This document shows positions 29,536 to 38,217 of a stretch of 51,421 bases of DNA, piece by piece. The translations under genes and the position numbers were made by a program. The notes beneath the pieces were generated by a model that did not search any database, was not told where the DNA came from, and worked only from the letters and a program-made list of their open reading frames with translations. Every line of letters starts with the position of its first letter. Position 1 is the stretch's first letter. Source of the DNA: Catalimonadaceae bacterium (GTDB lineage Bacteria; Bacteroidota; Bacteroidia; Cytophagales; Flexibacteraceae); the NCBI GenBank assembly GCA_044359055.1, contig JBIKMV010000001.1:1-51421 (forward strand), in the 5' to 3' direction.

Positions 29536-31146
29536 TTATTCGTTGATTAAGCCCGAAGACACATCTTCCCTGGTTCTCATCATTCTGGGAACAAGTTGGA
29601 TATTAAGATTTTCCAGTTGAGCAGTATTTACAGGGAAATCAATTTTGATTTCCTTTTCCAGATGAACCTTCTGGGCATTGGTAAATTTTACCACATAGGT
29701 CTGCCCGGCCACAAGAAGGGTTGAAAAGTTGCCATCCGCATCGGTATTGACGGGGATAGACTGAAAGCTTTCCGGATCCTCGAAAACAACGGCAGCGGAA
29801 GCAAGAGGTTTGCCGGTTTCATCTTTTATCTGTCCTTTTCCTGTGGCTAGTGCCGTCTTACTCACCTTGTAAATATCGGTTTGCCCTTTGGTAGAACCTC
29901 TCACCGACGAAAAGTAGCTCACTTCCGGATTTGAAGCCTGCCAGAAATAATAGAAATCGTTGTTGGGGGTATTGTAGGGAAAACCAAGATTTTCAGGCTT
30001 CGACCAGGTTTGGGTGGCCTCATCGAGGGTGGATTTATAAAGGTCGAAATCTCCGAATCCATCAGGACTCTTTGAGCTGAAAATCAGAGTTTTAGGATCC
30101 ATAAAAAACGGTGCGGCTTCGTCCTGTGCGGAATTGATTGCCTTACTGAGCAAGACAGGCTCGGACCATTTTTCGGTTTTTTCATCATAGCGGCTGGAAA
30201 ACAGATCATTTTGAAATGAATTGGACCCTCCGTTCCGGGTGAAGCAGGCCCACTTCAAGTCATTTGAAAAAACAATATCAGCAGAAAAAAAAGAGGGATC
30301 GGTGACAATGGGAATGGGATAGGGCAACTTCCAGTTTTCATAGGCATATTCCGAAATATACAATTTCACCATATCCTTGTCTATCCTGTATAAAAGCATT
30401 TTGGTGTCGTTGTCCAGAAGCTGTACCAGATTGAAATCCAGATCCTTATTTTTTCCTTCGGTAAGACGAACCGGCATTCCCTTGCTCCATTTTCCGTCCG
30501 GCATCAGGCGGGAGTAGAATATTTTTTCTTTGTACTCGCCATCATCCTGGATTTTTTCTTCGGCAAAGCCTTTTTTCCTGCTGGCATATACAATCATCTT
30601 TCCATCGTGGGTAATCAGGGGCTGATATTCAGAATAAACCGAATTGATGCCACTGCCCATGTTTTCGATAACGACGGGCTGCAAGGTTTTGAACATTTTT
30701 TCCTGTGACCTTTCTATGGCAAGAATGAACTTTTCGGCCTCCTTTTTAAAGCTTTTGTCTATCGGAAAAACATCAAGATATTCATAAAAATACTTTTCAG
30801 CCGAATCCAGTTGTACATCCATGTGAAAAGCCCTGCCAAGCCAAAACTTCAGGTAATTGTCTTTTACCCCATTTTTCATGGCACTTTTGAGGTAGTAAAT
30901 TCCTTTTTTACCCATACCCAGCCGGGTGGCCGAAATACCGGCCTTGTAGGCCACATCCCGGTCATATTTCACATCCAGAAGATATTGTTCAAATCCGATA
31001 AAGGCGTTTCGGTAGTCACTGTCGAGATAATAGTTTTCGGCGGAAACGATGCTGATGCCTTCCAGCTGGGCTTTAGAAACCCCGGGAAATGAAGCCAGTA
31101 TCAAAATAACAGCAACCCGGCACTTAAAATATTGCAAACTCATCAA
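29536..31146 (-). CDS. secreted TPR / WD40-like (PD40) beta-propeller protein with carboxypeptidase-regulatory-like C-terminal domain
   Basis: 536 aa. It has a signal-peptide-like N-terminus (ILILASFPGVSKAQ), a helical repeat region, TolB-like repeat texture, and the C-terminus GQIKDETGKPLASAAVVFED...DADGNF. Confidence 0.65.
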   Translation of the reverse strand: MMSLQYFKCRVAVILILASFPGVSKAQLEGISIVSAENYYLDSDYRNAFIGFEQYLLDVKYDRDVAYKAGISATRLGMGKKGIYYLKSAMKNGVKDNYLKFWLGRAFHMDVQLDSAEKYFYEYLDVFPIDKSFKKEAEKFILAIERSQEKMFKTLQPVVIENMGSGINSVYSEYQPLITHDGKMIVYASRKKGFAEEKIQDDGEYKEKIFYSRLMPDGKWSKGMPVRLTEGKNKDLDFNLVQLLDNDTKMLLYRIDKDMVKLYISEYAYENWKLPYPIPIVTDPSFFSADIVFSNDLKWACFTRNGGSNSFQNDLFSSRYDEKTEKWSEPVLLSKAINSAQDEAAPFFMDPKTLIFSSKSPDGFGDFDLYKSTLDEATQTWSKPENLGFPYNTPNNDFYYFWQASNPEVSYFSSVRGSTKGQTDIYKVSKTALATGKGQIKDETGKPLASAAVVFEDPESFQSIPVNTDADGNFSTLLVAGQTYVVKFTNAQKVHLEKEIKIDFPVNTAQLENLNIQLVPRMMRTREDVSSGLINE

Positions 31147-31289
31147 TGGGAGAATCCTTTCTTTATTCCAGATAGGAATTACAAAGTAAACGCATCAAAG
31201 GCATTAAAACGAAAATTGGGGAAACAAAATGTTACAGGGCTAAACCCGGTCTGCATTTTATTTCATATTTTGATTTTTGTTGGAATGCT

Positions 31290-31805
31290 TCAATCACCCC
31301 TGGAAGGCGGCTCTATCCCCAGCTGTATCACGACAATGATAAAAAGGGTGTACACCGCACTGATGGCCGACCGGAAGAGCACAATAAAGAACTCCGAAAG
31401 AGAGGCGTATTCAATAAAAAAGTACACCAGGTGATGAAGAAAAAGTAAGCCCAGTCCGTAGGGAAAAAACCATTTCATACCCATGGAAGGGATAGTGATG
31501 GTCATATACTCTTCATATCCCCCAGCCGGCACCATCCACTTGAGGAAATTGGCCCTGAAAAATCCGAGGGCTACCATGGCAGCGGTATGGATACCCAAAG
31601 AAGAATGGAAAACATCTACCCCAAGCCCTACAAAAAAAGAAAACAGAAGGGTGAGCACCGGCCCGGAGCTCAGGGGCAGCAACAATACCACCGCCGCATA
31701 GCTGAAGCACTGAGGATAAAAATTTAAATTACTGAAAATGAGGAAGTAACTTGCCAGATAGATAGCAATTTTCAATATCAGCTGGAAAATATTGCGGGCT
31801 ATCAT
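31290..31805 (-). CDS. mreD: rod shape-determining protein MreD
   Basis: 171-aa polytopic membrane protein. Its start overlaps the mreC stop by 4 nt, in the standard mreBCD order. Confidence 0.8.
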   Translation of the reverse strand: MIARNIFQLILKIAIYLASYFLIFSNLNFYPQCFSYAAVVLLLPLSSGPVLTLLFSFFVGLGVDVFHSSLGIHTAAMVALGFFRANFLKWMVPAGGYEEYMTITIPSMGMKWFFPYGLGLLFLHHLVYFFIEYASLSEFFIVLFRSAISAVYTLFIIVVIQLGIEPPSRGD

Positions 31806-32641
31806 TCTGTGGCTCCGGTGGTTTGCACCTGAAGGGTATCCTGCTCGGCCTTCAGTTTGTTTTCAATTACATATACATAATTCAGGGTGCTGAAATCGGT
31901 GGCGAGGTCCACTTCAATTTCGTAAAAGGTAGCATCGTCTTTCAGCTTTATCTTTTTGATGACCCCCACATGAATACCTTCGGGCAGGATGTTGCTGAAC
32001 TCTGAGGTTCGGATGGTGTCGCCCAATTTGGGTTTCAGGTGCCTGGCAATAAAATCTAGATTGGCCCGGTCGGGGTCATTCCCTCCCCATTTCAAAGAAC
32101 CGGAGGCATTGATTCTGGATATTTGAGCCGAAATCAGCATTTTGGAATGCAGAAGAGAAGTGGCCGTAGCAAAATGCGGAGAGCAAACCATCACCCTTCC
32201 TACCACACCCTGAGGCGAAATGATGCCCATTCCGGGTTTGATTCCGTCGGCACTGCCCTTGTTGAGGGTAATATAGTTGTTGGGCCTCGACACGGAGTTG
32301 TTGATCACCTTGGCTACAATAAAACGGTATTGGTCCAGAAAGCGGGGAACGCCAATGCTGTCCATGGCCATCCGCTGAATGGTTTGCTGGGCTTTGATCA
32401 GGCGTGCATTCAGACTGGCATTCTCACGGGCCAGTTTTTCATTTTCACCTATCAGGGAAAAATATCCGGTAACAGCATCTGTAGCAGACATCATGGCAGC
32501 CGAAACATCGTTGCTGGAATTGAGAAAAGCGTTTTGCTGCTTCAGGTTTTTATTCACCACCAGCCAGAATGAAATGATTTCCAGAATTACAAACAGAAAA
32601 AAGAGTCTGTATTCGTAAAGAAACCGGAGGAGGGAGCCCAA
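31802..32641 (-). CDS. mreC: rod shape-determining protein MreC
   Basis: 279 aa with an N-terminal TM segment, a coiled coil and the beta-rich MreC domain (GIISPQGVVGRV). Confidence 0.9.
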   Translation of the reverse strand: MGSLLRFLYEYRLFFLFVILEIISFWLVVNKNLKQQNAFLNSSNDVSAAMMSATDAVTGYFSLIGENEKLARENASLNARLIKAQQTIQRMAMDSIGVPRFLDQYRFIVAKVINNSVSRPNNYITLNKGSADGIKPGMGIISPQGVVGRVMVCSPHFATATSLLHSKMLISAQISRINASGSLKWGGNDPDRANLDFIARHLKPKLGDTIRTSEFSNILPEGIHVGVIKKIKLKDDATFYEIEVDLATDFSTLNYVYVIENKLKAEQDTLQVQTTGATE

Positions 32642-32669
32642 TTCTGTTCAGGTCGGGATGAAAAATAAA

Positions 32670-33695
32670 TCAGGTCATCAGCACGGCTTTGAAATTGTCG
32701 AGGTGCTTCAGAGCAATTCCTGTTCCCCTTACCACGGCCCGGAGGGGGTCTTCGGCAATATGAATGGGAAGTTTGGTGCGCATGTGCAGCCTCTTGTCCA
32801 GACCACGGAGCAAAGCCCCGCCGCCTGTTAGGTGAATGCCCTTGTCGTAGATATCTGCCGACAACTCAGGCGGGCTGATTTCCAATGCTTTAAGTACAGC
32901 TTCCTCTATTTTGGAAACCGATTTGTCCAGTGCAAAGGCAATCTCGGAGTAGGTTACCTTGATAACTTTGGGAATGCCGGTCATCAAATCCCTTCCCCGC
33001 ACTTCATAGTCGGGCGGAGGATTGTCGAGTTCGGAAAGGGAAGCACCCACCTCAATTTTGATTCTTTCGGCAGTCCGCTCACCGATGAGCAGGTTGTGCT
33101 GCCGGCGCATGTAATCGAGAATATCTTTGGTGAAAACATCGCCTGCAATGCGTATAGACTGATCGCAAACGATACCCGATAGGGCAATGACGGCAATTTC
33201 GGTGGTACCCCCGCCGATGTCCACAATCATGGAGCCGACAGGCTGCTCGATGTCGATTCCAATTCCTATGGCTGCTGCCAATGGCTCAGCAATCATGTAC
33301 ACTTCTTTGGCTCCGGCATGTTCGGCAGAGTCTTTTACCGCCCTTTTTTCCACCTCGGTGATACCGGAAGGAATGCAGATAACCATCCTGTGGGAAGGTG
33401 AAAACCAGCTGTTGCCCTTGTATATCATTTTAATCATACCGCGGATCATCTGCTCGGCGGCGGTAAAGTCGGCAATCACACCATCTTTCAGCGGCCTTAT
33501 GGTCTTGATGCTGTCATGGGTTTTTTCGTGCATCTGCATGGCTTCCTTGCCAATGGCAATCACTTTTCCCGTATTTTTATTGAGTGCAACAATGGAGGGC
33601 TCGTCAACCACAATTTTATCTTTGTGGATAATGAGGGTATTGGCCGTTCCTAAATCGATGGCGATATCACTGGTGAAAAAGTCAAACAATCCCAT
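32670..33695 (-). CDS. mreB: rod shape-determining protein MreB
   Basis: 341 aa with the actin-fold motifs DLGTANT and DIGGGTTE. Confidence 0.97.
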   Translation of the reverse strand: MGLFDFFTSDIAIDLGTANTLIIHKDKIVVDEPSIVALNKNTGKVIAIGKEAMQMHEKTHDSIKTIRPLKDGVIADFTAAEQMIRGMIKMIYKGNSWFSPSHRMVICIPSGITEVEKRAVKDSAEHAGAKEVYMIAEPLAAAIGIGIDIEQPVGSMIVDIGGGTTEIAVIALSGIVCDQSIRIAGDVFTKDILDYMRRQHNLLIGERTAERIKIEVGASLSELDNPPPDYEVRGRDLMTGIPKVIKVTYSEIAFALDKSVSKIEEAVLKALEISPPELSADIYDKGIHLTGGGALLRGLDKRLHMRTKLPIHIAEDPLRAVVRGTGIALKHLDNFKAVLMT

Positions 33696-33737
33696 TTTCT
33701 AAAGCGGTATGGCTTATTTTGGTTTCAGAGATGATTA

Positions 33738-35276
33738 TTAATGTTTAAAATGTCGGGTACCCGTTGATACCATTTTGATTTTTAATCTGTTGCAGGCATC
33801 AATAGAGTCCTGATCGCGGATAGAGCCTCCCGGCTGAATAACGGAACTGATGCCTTCGGCTGCTGCAATTTCCACACAATCCGGAAAAGGGAAGAAGGCA
33901 TCGGAGGCCATAGCTGCACCCCTGAGGTCGAAACCAAAGGTTTTGGCTTTTTGAATGGCCTGTTTCAGAGCATCTACCCTGCTGGTCTGCCCGGTTCCGC
34001 TGGCAAGCAGGACATCGTTTTTGGCCAGTACAATGGTATTGCTTTTGGTATGCTTCACCAGAATATTGGCAAAAAGCATATTTTCAATATCGGCAGAATC
34101 CGGTACACTTTCGGTAAGCACTTTCAAATCCCGGGATCCGGTGGTTTTGCTGTCTTTTTCCTGAACAAGAAGTCCCCCAAGCAATGATTTTACCTGAAGA
34201 TTTTCGGCAGACATTCCGGTAATTTCCAGGAGAATCCTGTTTTTTCTGGATTTGAGTAATTCAAGTGCCTCTTCTTCAAATCCCGGTGCCATCAGAATTT
34301 CAAAAAAGAGATCATTCAAGAGGGCCGCGGTCTGCACATCTACTTTGCCACTCAGGGCAATTACGCCTCCGAAAGCAGAAACCGGATCGCAGGCCAGCGC
34401 AAGTTCATAAGCCTTTGCAAGGCTCACAGCACGGGCCACACCGCAGGCATTGGTGTGTTTCACAATTACGGCAGCCGGTTTTTCTGTCCCCAGATCACGG
34501 AGCAGGTCGAGTGCGGCCTCAGCATCTACAAGATTGTTGAAGCTCAGGTCTTTGCCTGACAGTTGCGAAAATACATCCTCAAGCCTTCCGTAAAAAGCCG
34601 CCGCCTGATGCGGATTCTCACCGTATCTCAGAGGATTATGCGGTTTTGCAACTTGTACAAAAGCCTCCGGAAAAAACGACTTACCCGGGTGGATACCAAG
34701 CAGATATTCTGAAATGGCGGCATCGTAGGCCGCAGTAATGGCAAATGCTTTTGCCGCCAGTCTTTCTCTCGTTTCTGAGGTTATGAATCCGGAATTTTTC
34801 TCCAGTTCATAAGCCACAGACTGGTAGTCTTCAGGATCGGCAACAATACAGACATCATCGTAATTTTTGGCTGCAGCCCGGATGAGAGATACGCCTCCAA
34901 TGTCAATTTTTTCAATCAATTCCTGCCGTGTGCCTCCCTTTTTCAGGGTTTCCTCAAAAGGGTAAAGGTTTACAACCACCAGGTCTATCGGGGGAATGTC
35001 GAACTCCGCAATTTCAGCCTGATCTTCGGGCACATTCCGGCGGTTGAGAATACCGCCAAATACTTTGGGATGCAGGGTTTTTACTCGGCCACCCAGCATT
35101 TCAGGAAAATGGGTGAGGCTTTCAACCGACTTCACGGTAAAGCCCTGCTGCCTCAGAAATTCAAGGGTACCCCCGGTAGAAATAAGATCTGCCTGAAACA
35201 AATCCAGAACCCTGGCCAGATGGGCCAGACCTTCTTTGTAAAATGTTGAAATTAAGGCAGTTTTTATCTTCACCAT
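33738..35276 (-). CDS. purH: bifunctional AICAR transformylase / IMP cyclohydrolase PurH
   Basis: The MGS-like N-terminal domain (ALISTFYKEG..LISTGGT) and the AICARFT domain are both present. The start is set at the ATG at 35274-35276 (MVKIKTALIS), downstream of the -7 box. The track start at 35303 is a TTG only 10 nt from that box. Confidence 0.95.
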   Translation of the reverse strand: MVKIKTALISTFYKEGLAHLARVLDLFQADLISTGGTLEFLRQQGFTVKSVESLTHFPEMLGGRVKTLHPKVFGGILNRRNVPEDQAEIAEFDIPPIDLVVVNLYPFEETLKKGGTRQELIEKIDIGGVSLIRAAAKNYDDVCIVADPEDYQSVAYELEKNSGFITSETRERLAAKAFAITAAYDAAISEYLLGIHPGKSFFPEAFVQVAKPHNPLRYGENPHQAAAFYGRLEDVFSQLSGKDLSFNNLVDAEAALDLLRDLGTEKPAAVIVKHTNACGVARAVSLAKAYELALACDPVSAFGGVIALSGKVDVQTAALLNDLFFEILMAPGFEEEALELLKSRKNRILLEITGMSAENLQVKSLLGGLLVQEKDSKTTGSRDLKVLTESVPDSADIENMLFANILVKHTKSNTIVLAKNDVLLASGTGQTSRVDALKQAIQKAKTFGFDLRGAAMASDAFFPFPDCVEIAAAEGISSVIQPGGSIRDQDSIDACNRLKIKMVSTGTRHFKH

Positions 35277-35312
35277 AACCAAGCCAACCCCGGTCGTCAG
35301 CAATTAAGCTTG

Positions 35313-35320
35313 CAAAGATA
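35313..35320 (-). promoter_or_regulatory. candidate -7 promoter box (TATCTTTG) for purH-mreBCD
   Basis: Exact TAnnTTTG match on the minus strand, 37 nt upstream of the purH ATG. Confidence 0.45.
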
Positions 35321-35373
35321 GAGAAAGGGAATGGATTTCAGATTCATAAAAATGGCAGTCTTTTCAGGGTTTT

Positions 35374-35811
35374 TCAGCGCCTTTCCGAAAAAAAATCGCG
35401 GATTATCTGTGCCGATTCCTGAGCCAGAATTCCATGCGAAAAAGTGGTTTTGGGATGAAGCAGATGGGGAGCATACCGGGTGAATCCCCTTTTCTCGTCA
35501 GAAGCCGCCCAAACCACCCTTCCAATCTGGGTCCAATACAAGGCGGCAGCACACATAGGACAAGGCTCAAGGCTTACATACAAGGTACAATCAGGCAGAT
35601 ATTTGGATTGGAAATGGGCACAGCCTGCTGTGATGGCCAGCATCTCGGCATGGGCAGTTGCGTCGTTCAGCAATTCTACCTGGTTGTGGCTTTTGGTGAT
35701 GATTTTATTGTCGCAAACCAGCACAGCACCCACGGGTACTTCCCCTTTATCTCTTGCCTTTTCAGCTTCTGAAAGGGCTTTTTTTAAAAAAAATTCATCC
35801 TGTTCGTCCAT
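35374..35811 (-). CDS. tadA: tRNA adenosine(34) deaminase TadA
   Basis: The CDA zinc motifs HAEMLAI and PCPMCAAAL are present. The start is set at the ATG at 35809-35811 (MDEQDEFF), because the track's extension to 35859 runs through the upstream terminator hairpin. Confidence 0.9.
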   Translation of the reverse strand: MDEQDEFFLKKALSEAEKARDKGEVPVGAVLVCDNKIITKSHNQVELLNDATAHAEMLAITAGCAHFQSKYLPDCTLYVSLEPCPMCAAALYWTQIGRVVWAASDEKRGFTRYAPHLLHPKTTFSHGILAQESAQIIRDFFSERR

Positions 35812-35820
35812 ACTCTTATG

Positions 35821-35856
35821 AAAAAAAACCGGCCCTTGTGAGGGGCCGGTTTTTTG
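35821..35856 (-). terminator. strong (bidirectional-looking) rho-independent terminator after the M43 protease gene
   Basis: AACCGGCCC (35827-35835) pairs with GGGCCGGTT (35843-35851) around a 7-nt loop. It is flanked by A8 on one side and a T run on the other. On the minus strand the U-tract ends 9 nt before the tadA ATG. Confidence 0.8.
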
Positions 35857-35888
35857 CACTTTGCTTTTTGATAAATTCGGTGTATGAA

Positions 35889-37889
35889 TCAGGGGTGCAA
35901 TATAATGACCTTGCGTGAGATTCTTTCTTTGCCTGAAACAATAATCAAGTTGTAGAGACCATTGGGCAGGTCGTTTACTTTCAGTTCAACATTGTCCTGA
36001 CCGGAAGATGAGTTATTCAGGATGCCCGGAGTCCACACTTTTCCTTTCATATCCACCATCATGATGGCGGCATTTTCCTGCCATCCGGCTTCGGATTTTT
36101 GCACCGTGATTCTGTCATGGGCAGGATTGGGGAACATTTGCAGATCATTAGTGGTTTCATCACCGGCAATGTCCAGATTGGTTTCACGGGTGGTTCCGCC
36201 AGAAATCAGAACATTATAATCTTCCACCTCACCATAACTGAAGGTCTCGCAGGATGTCTGGGCAGAGTTCCACTTCATGGACACCCGCATCCTTGTGGTG
36301 CCATTCCGGGCGCTAGCAGGTACGGTAATGGTTGTAGTCAGATTGGCAGAAGATGTAGAACTCCTGTTCACAACCAATTCAGTGGCATCAGAAAACACCC
36401 CGTCGCGGTTCCAGTCGATCCATATTTTCCAGAATTCGTTGGCTGAGTAACCGGAACGGAAGCCTGCGCTGTACCCGAGAGAGTAAGATGTACCGGCTGT
36501 TACATTGGCAGAGGTGGTGGTAAAGTAAATATATCCGGCATTGCCAGTAGAGGTACGGGTCAGTTTGTTCAGGGAAACCCTGTCGATCCACTCGTCGGCC
36601 ACACTGTTTCCTTTTGATGCGCAATAGGTTACGGTAGCTGAAGTGGTGGTAAAGCTTGCCTGGGAAGAATAGGCCGAAGAACCTGACGCACAAACCGTCT
36701 GAACCTGATAATTGTAAGTAGTGCCTGCAGTGAGGCCGGTCAGATTAAGGCTGGTGGAAGTGGTATTGACCGTGGTAAAGGTGGCAGCGGTTGATGTTTT
36801 GTACTGCACATTATAGGAAACGGCATTGGTAACGGCTCCCCATGAAACGGTGGCTGAAGTGGCGGTGATGTTGGATGAAGCCAGACTTGCAGGAACTCCG
36901 CAAGTTGCAGTAGAAGGTGGGGTGCATGGGGTTGTGCTCGACAATCCGGCCCTTGCGCCACCGGCTGCAAACAGAGCACGCATGCGGGTAGCCTGCCCGG
37001 CAGAGAACATATACATACAGGCATCATCGGAATAATCCATGTAATTCATGTGCATATCGGATGTGTTGCTGCAGGAAGGATTGGGAAAAGAAGGACAACC
37101 ATAATTCGGGTCGGCCTGATTGGGGGTATCAGCTACCTGATCGCTTCCGGTACATCCTGTACCATCGTCTCCCCAGATGTGAAACAGATTCAGGTAATGG
37201 CCCACCTCGTGGGTTCCGGTGCGGCCTTTGTTGAAAGGTGCCACAGCCGAACCGCCTCTTCCGAAATAACGGTAGTCAATTACAACGCCATCGGTGGTAG
37301 CAGGTCCCCCGGGGAACTGGGCATATCCAAGGATTCCGCCTCCGATGTTGCAAACCCAAAGATTCATGTATGCTGCTGTATTCCAGGGGCTTTTTCCTCC
37401 CGTGGAAGAACTTTTTACAGCATCATTGGTTCCAAATGATGTTCTGGTGGTAACCGTTCTGGTGATACCGGTTGTGGCAGCTCCGGCTGGATCCCTTTTC
37501 GCAAGGCAAAAGTTGATTTCTACATCCTTCCGAAGAGCTGAAAACAAGCTCGGCGCATTGGCCGCATCAGCGTTCAGAAGCCGAAAGTCTTCATTGAGAA
37601 CATCTATCTGAGACTGAACCTGGGCATCTGAAATGTTTTCAGCTGTGGTACGGTAAACAATATGAACGACTACAGGAATGGTGTAAATGATACCAGTATT
37701 TTTATCATTACTGTGATCCTTAACGAACCTCTCTGTCTGCTGTTCAATAGCCTCCCTGTTCTGTATCATTTCAGGGAAAGAATTCATCAAATTCTGGTGC
37801 TGGTCCATGGTGCCGCAATTGCGCTGGGCGAAAATCCGTCCGGAAAGCCCCGAAAGCAACAGAACTAAGGAGAAAAGTTTTACTTTCAT
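35889..37889 (-). CDS. secreted M43 (pappalysin/cytophagalysin-type) zinc metalloprotease with Fn3-like, GEVED and T9SS type-A C-terminal domains
   Basis: 666 aa. The domains in order are a signal peptide, the HEVGHYLNLFHIW zinc site, an Fn3-like segment (ATVSWGAV..SYNVQYK), a GEVED domain (SYGEVEDYNV) and the CTD MFPNPAHDRITVQ...LPNGLYNLII. Confidence 0.88.
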   Translation of the reverse strand: MKVKLFSLVLLLSGLSGRIFAQRNCGTMDQHQNLMNSFPEMIQNREAIEQQTERFVKDHSNDKNTGIIYTIPVVVHIVYRTTAENISDAQVQSQIDVLNEDFRLLNADAANAPSLFSALRKDVEINFCLAKRDPAGAATTGITRTVTTRTSFGTNDAVKSSSTGGKSPWNTAAYMNLWVCNIGGGILGYAQFPGGPATTDGVVIDYRYFGRGGSAVAPFNKGRTGTHEVGHYLNLFHIWGDDGTGCTGSDQVADTPNQADPNYGCPSFPNPSCSNTSDMHMNYMDYSDDACMYMFSAGQATRMRALFAAGGARAGLSSTTPCTPPSTATCGVPASLASSNITATSATVSWGAVTNAVSYNVQYKTSTAATFTTVNTTSTSLNLTGLTAGTTYNYQVQTVCASGSSAYSSQASFTTTSATVTYCASKGNSVADEWIDRVSLNKLTRTSTGNAGYIYFTTTSANVTAGTSYSLGYSAGFRSGYSANEFWKIWIDWNRDGVFSDATELVVNRSSTSSANLTTTITVPASARNGTTRMRVSMKWNSAQTSCETFSYGEVEDYNVLISGGTTRETNLDIAGDETTNDLQMFPNPAHDRITVQKSEAGWQENAAIMMVDMKGKVWTPGILNNSSSGQDNVELKVNDLPNGLYNLIIVSGKERISRKVIILHP

Positions 37890-37959
37890 AATTAAAATGT
37901 TTTAAAAATCAAATTTTGGAGATTCCTGAAATCTGAAAAAGCTTTCTGCAACAGTGTCG

Positions 37960-37967
37960 CAAAAATA
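37960..37967 (-). promoter_or_regulatory. candidate -7 promoter box (TATTTTTG) for the M43 protease gene
   Basis: Exact TAnnTTTG match on the minus strand, about 70 nt upstream of the ATG. It is part of the 21-nt motif shared with 16760-16780. Confidence 0.45.
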
Positions 37968-38217
37968 ATTTTGAAAATGCCCATAACATTATACATTTCC
38001 TTTTTTTAAATATCAAAAAAAAGTAATCTTCTTCTGTTCAACCATGTCCTTTTGTTGAATCTTGAAAAAAACAGCCTGAAAACCTCAAGTTGTCCGGAGG
38101 TTCAGACCATTGAATTGAAGGATTTTATACCCATGGAAACCCAAAATTTATTCTGAAAAATTTTAAAAAACTGAGGGCCAGAAAACCGGTTTTCACTAAG
38201 AAAATCTGAGGAAAAAC

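Noticed and set aside
35277-35373. I considered a possible ZTP (pfl) riboswitch upstream of purH.
   Set aside because: With the -7 box at 35313-35320 and the ATG at 35276, the leader is only about 30 nt. That is far too short for the two-subdomain pfl fold, and I saw none of its conserved segments.
38079-38102. A hairpin (AACCTC-n10-GAGGTT) downstream of meaB was considered as a terminator.
   Set aside because: The stem is only 6 bp, the loop is 10 nt, and on the minus strand the T-run begins 9 nt after the stem. It is plausible but not supportable.
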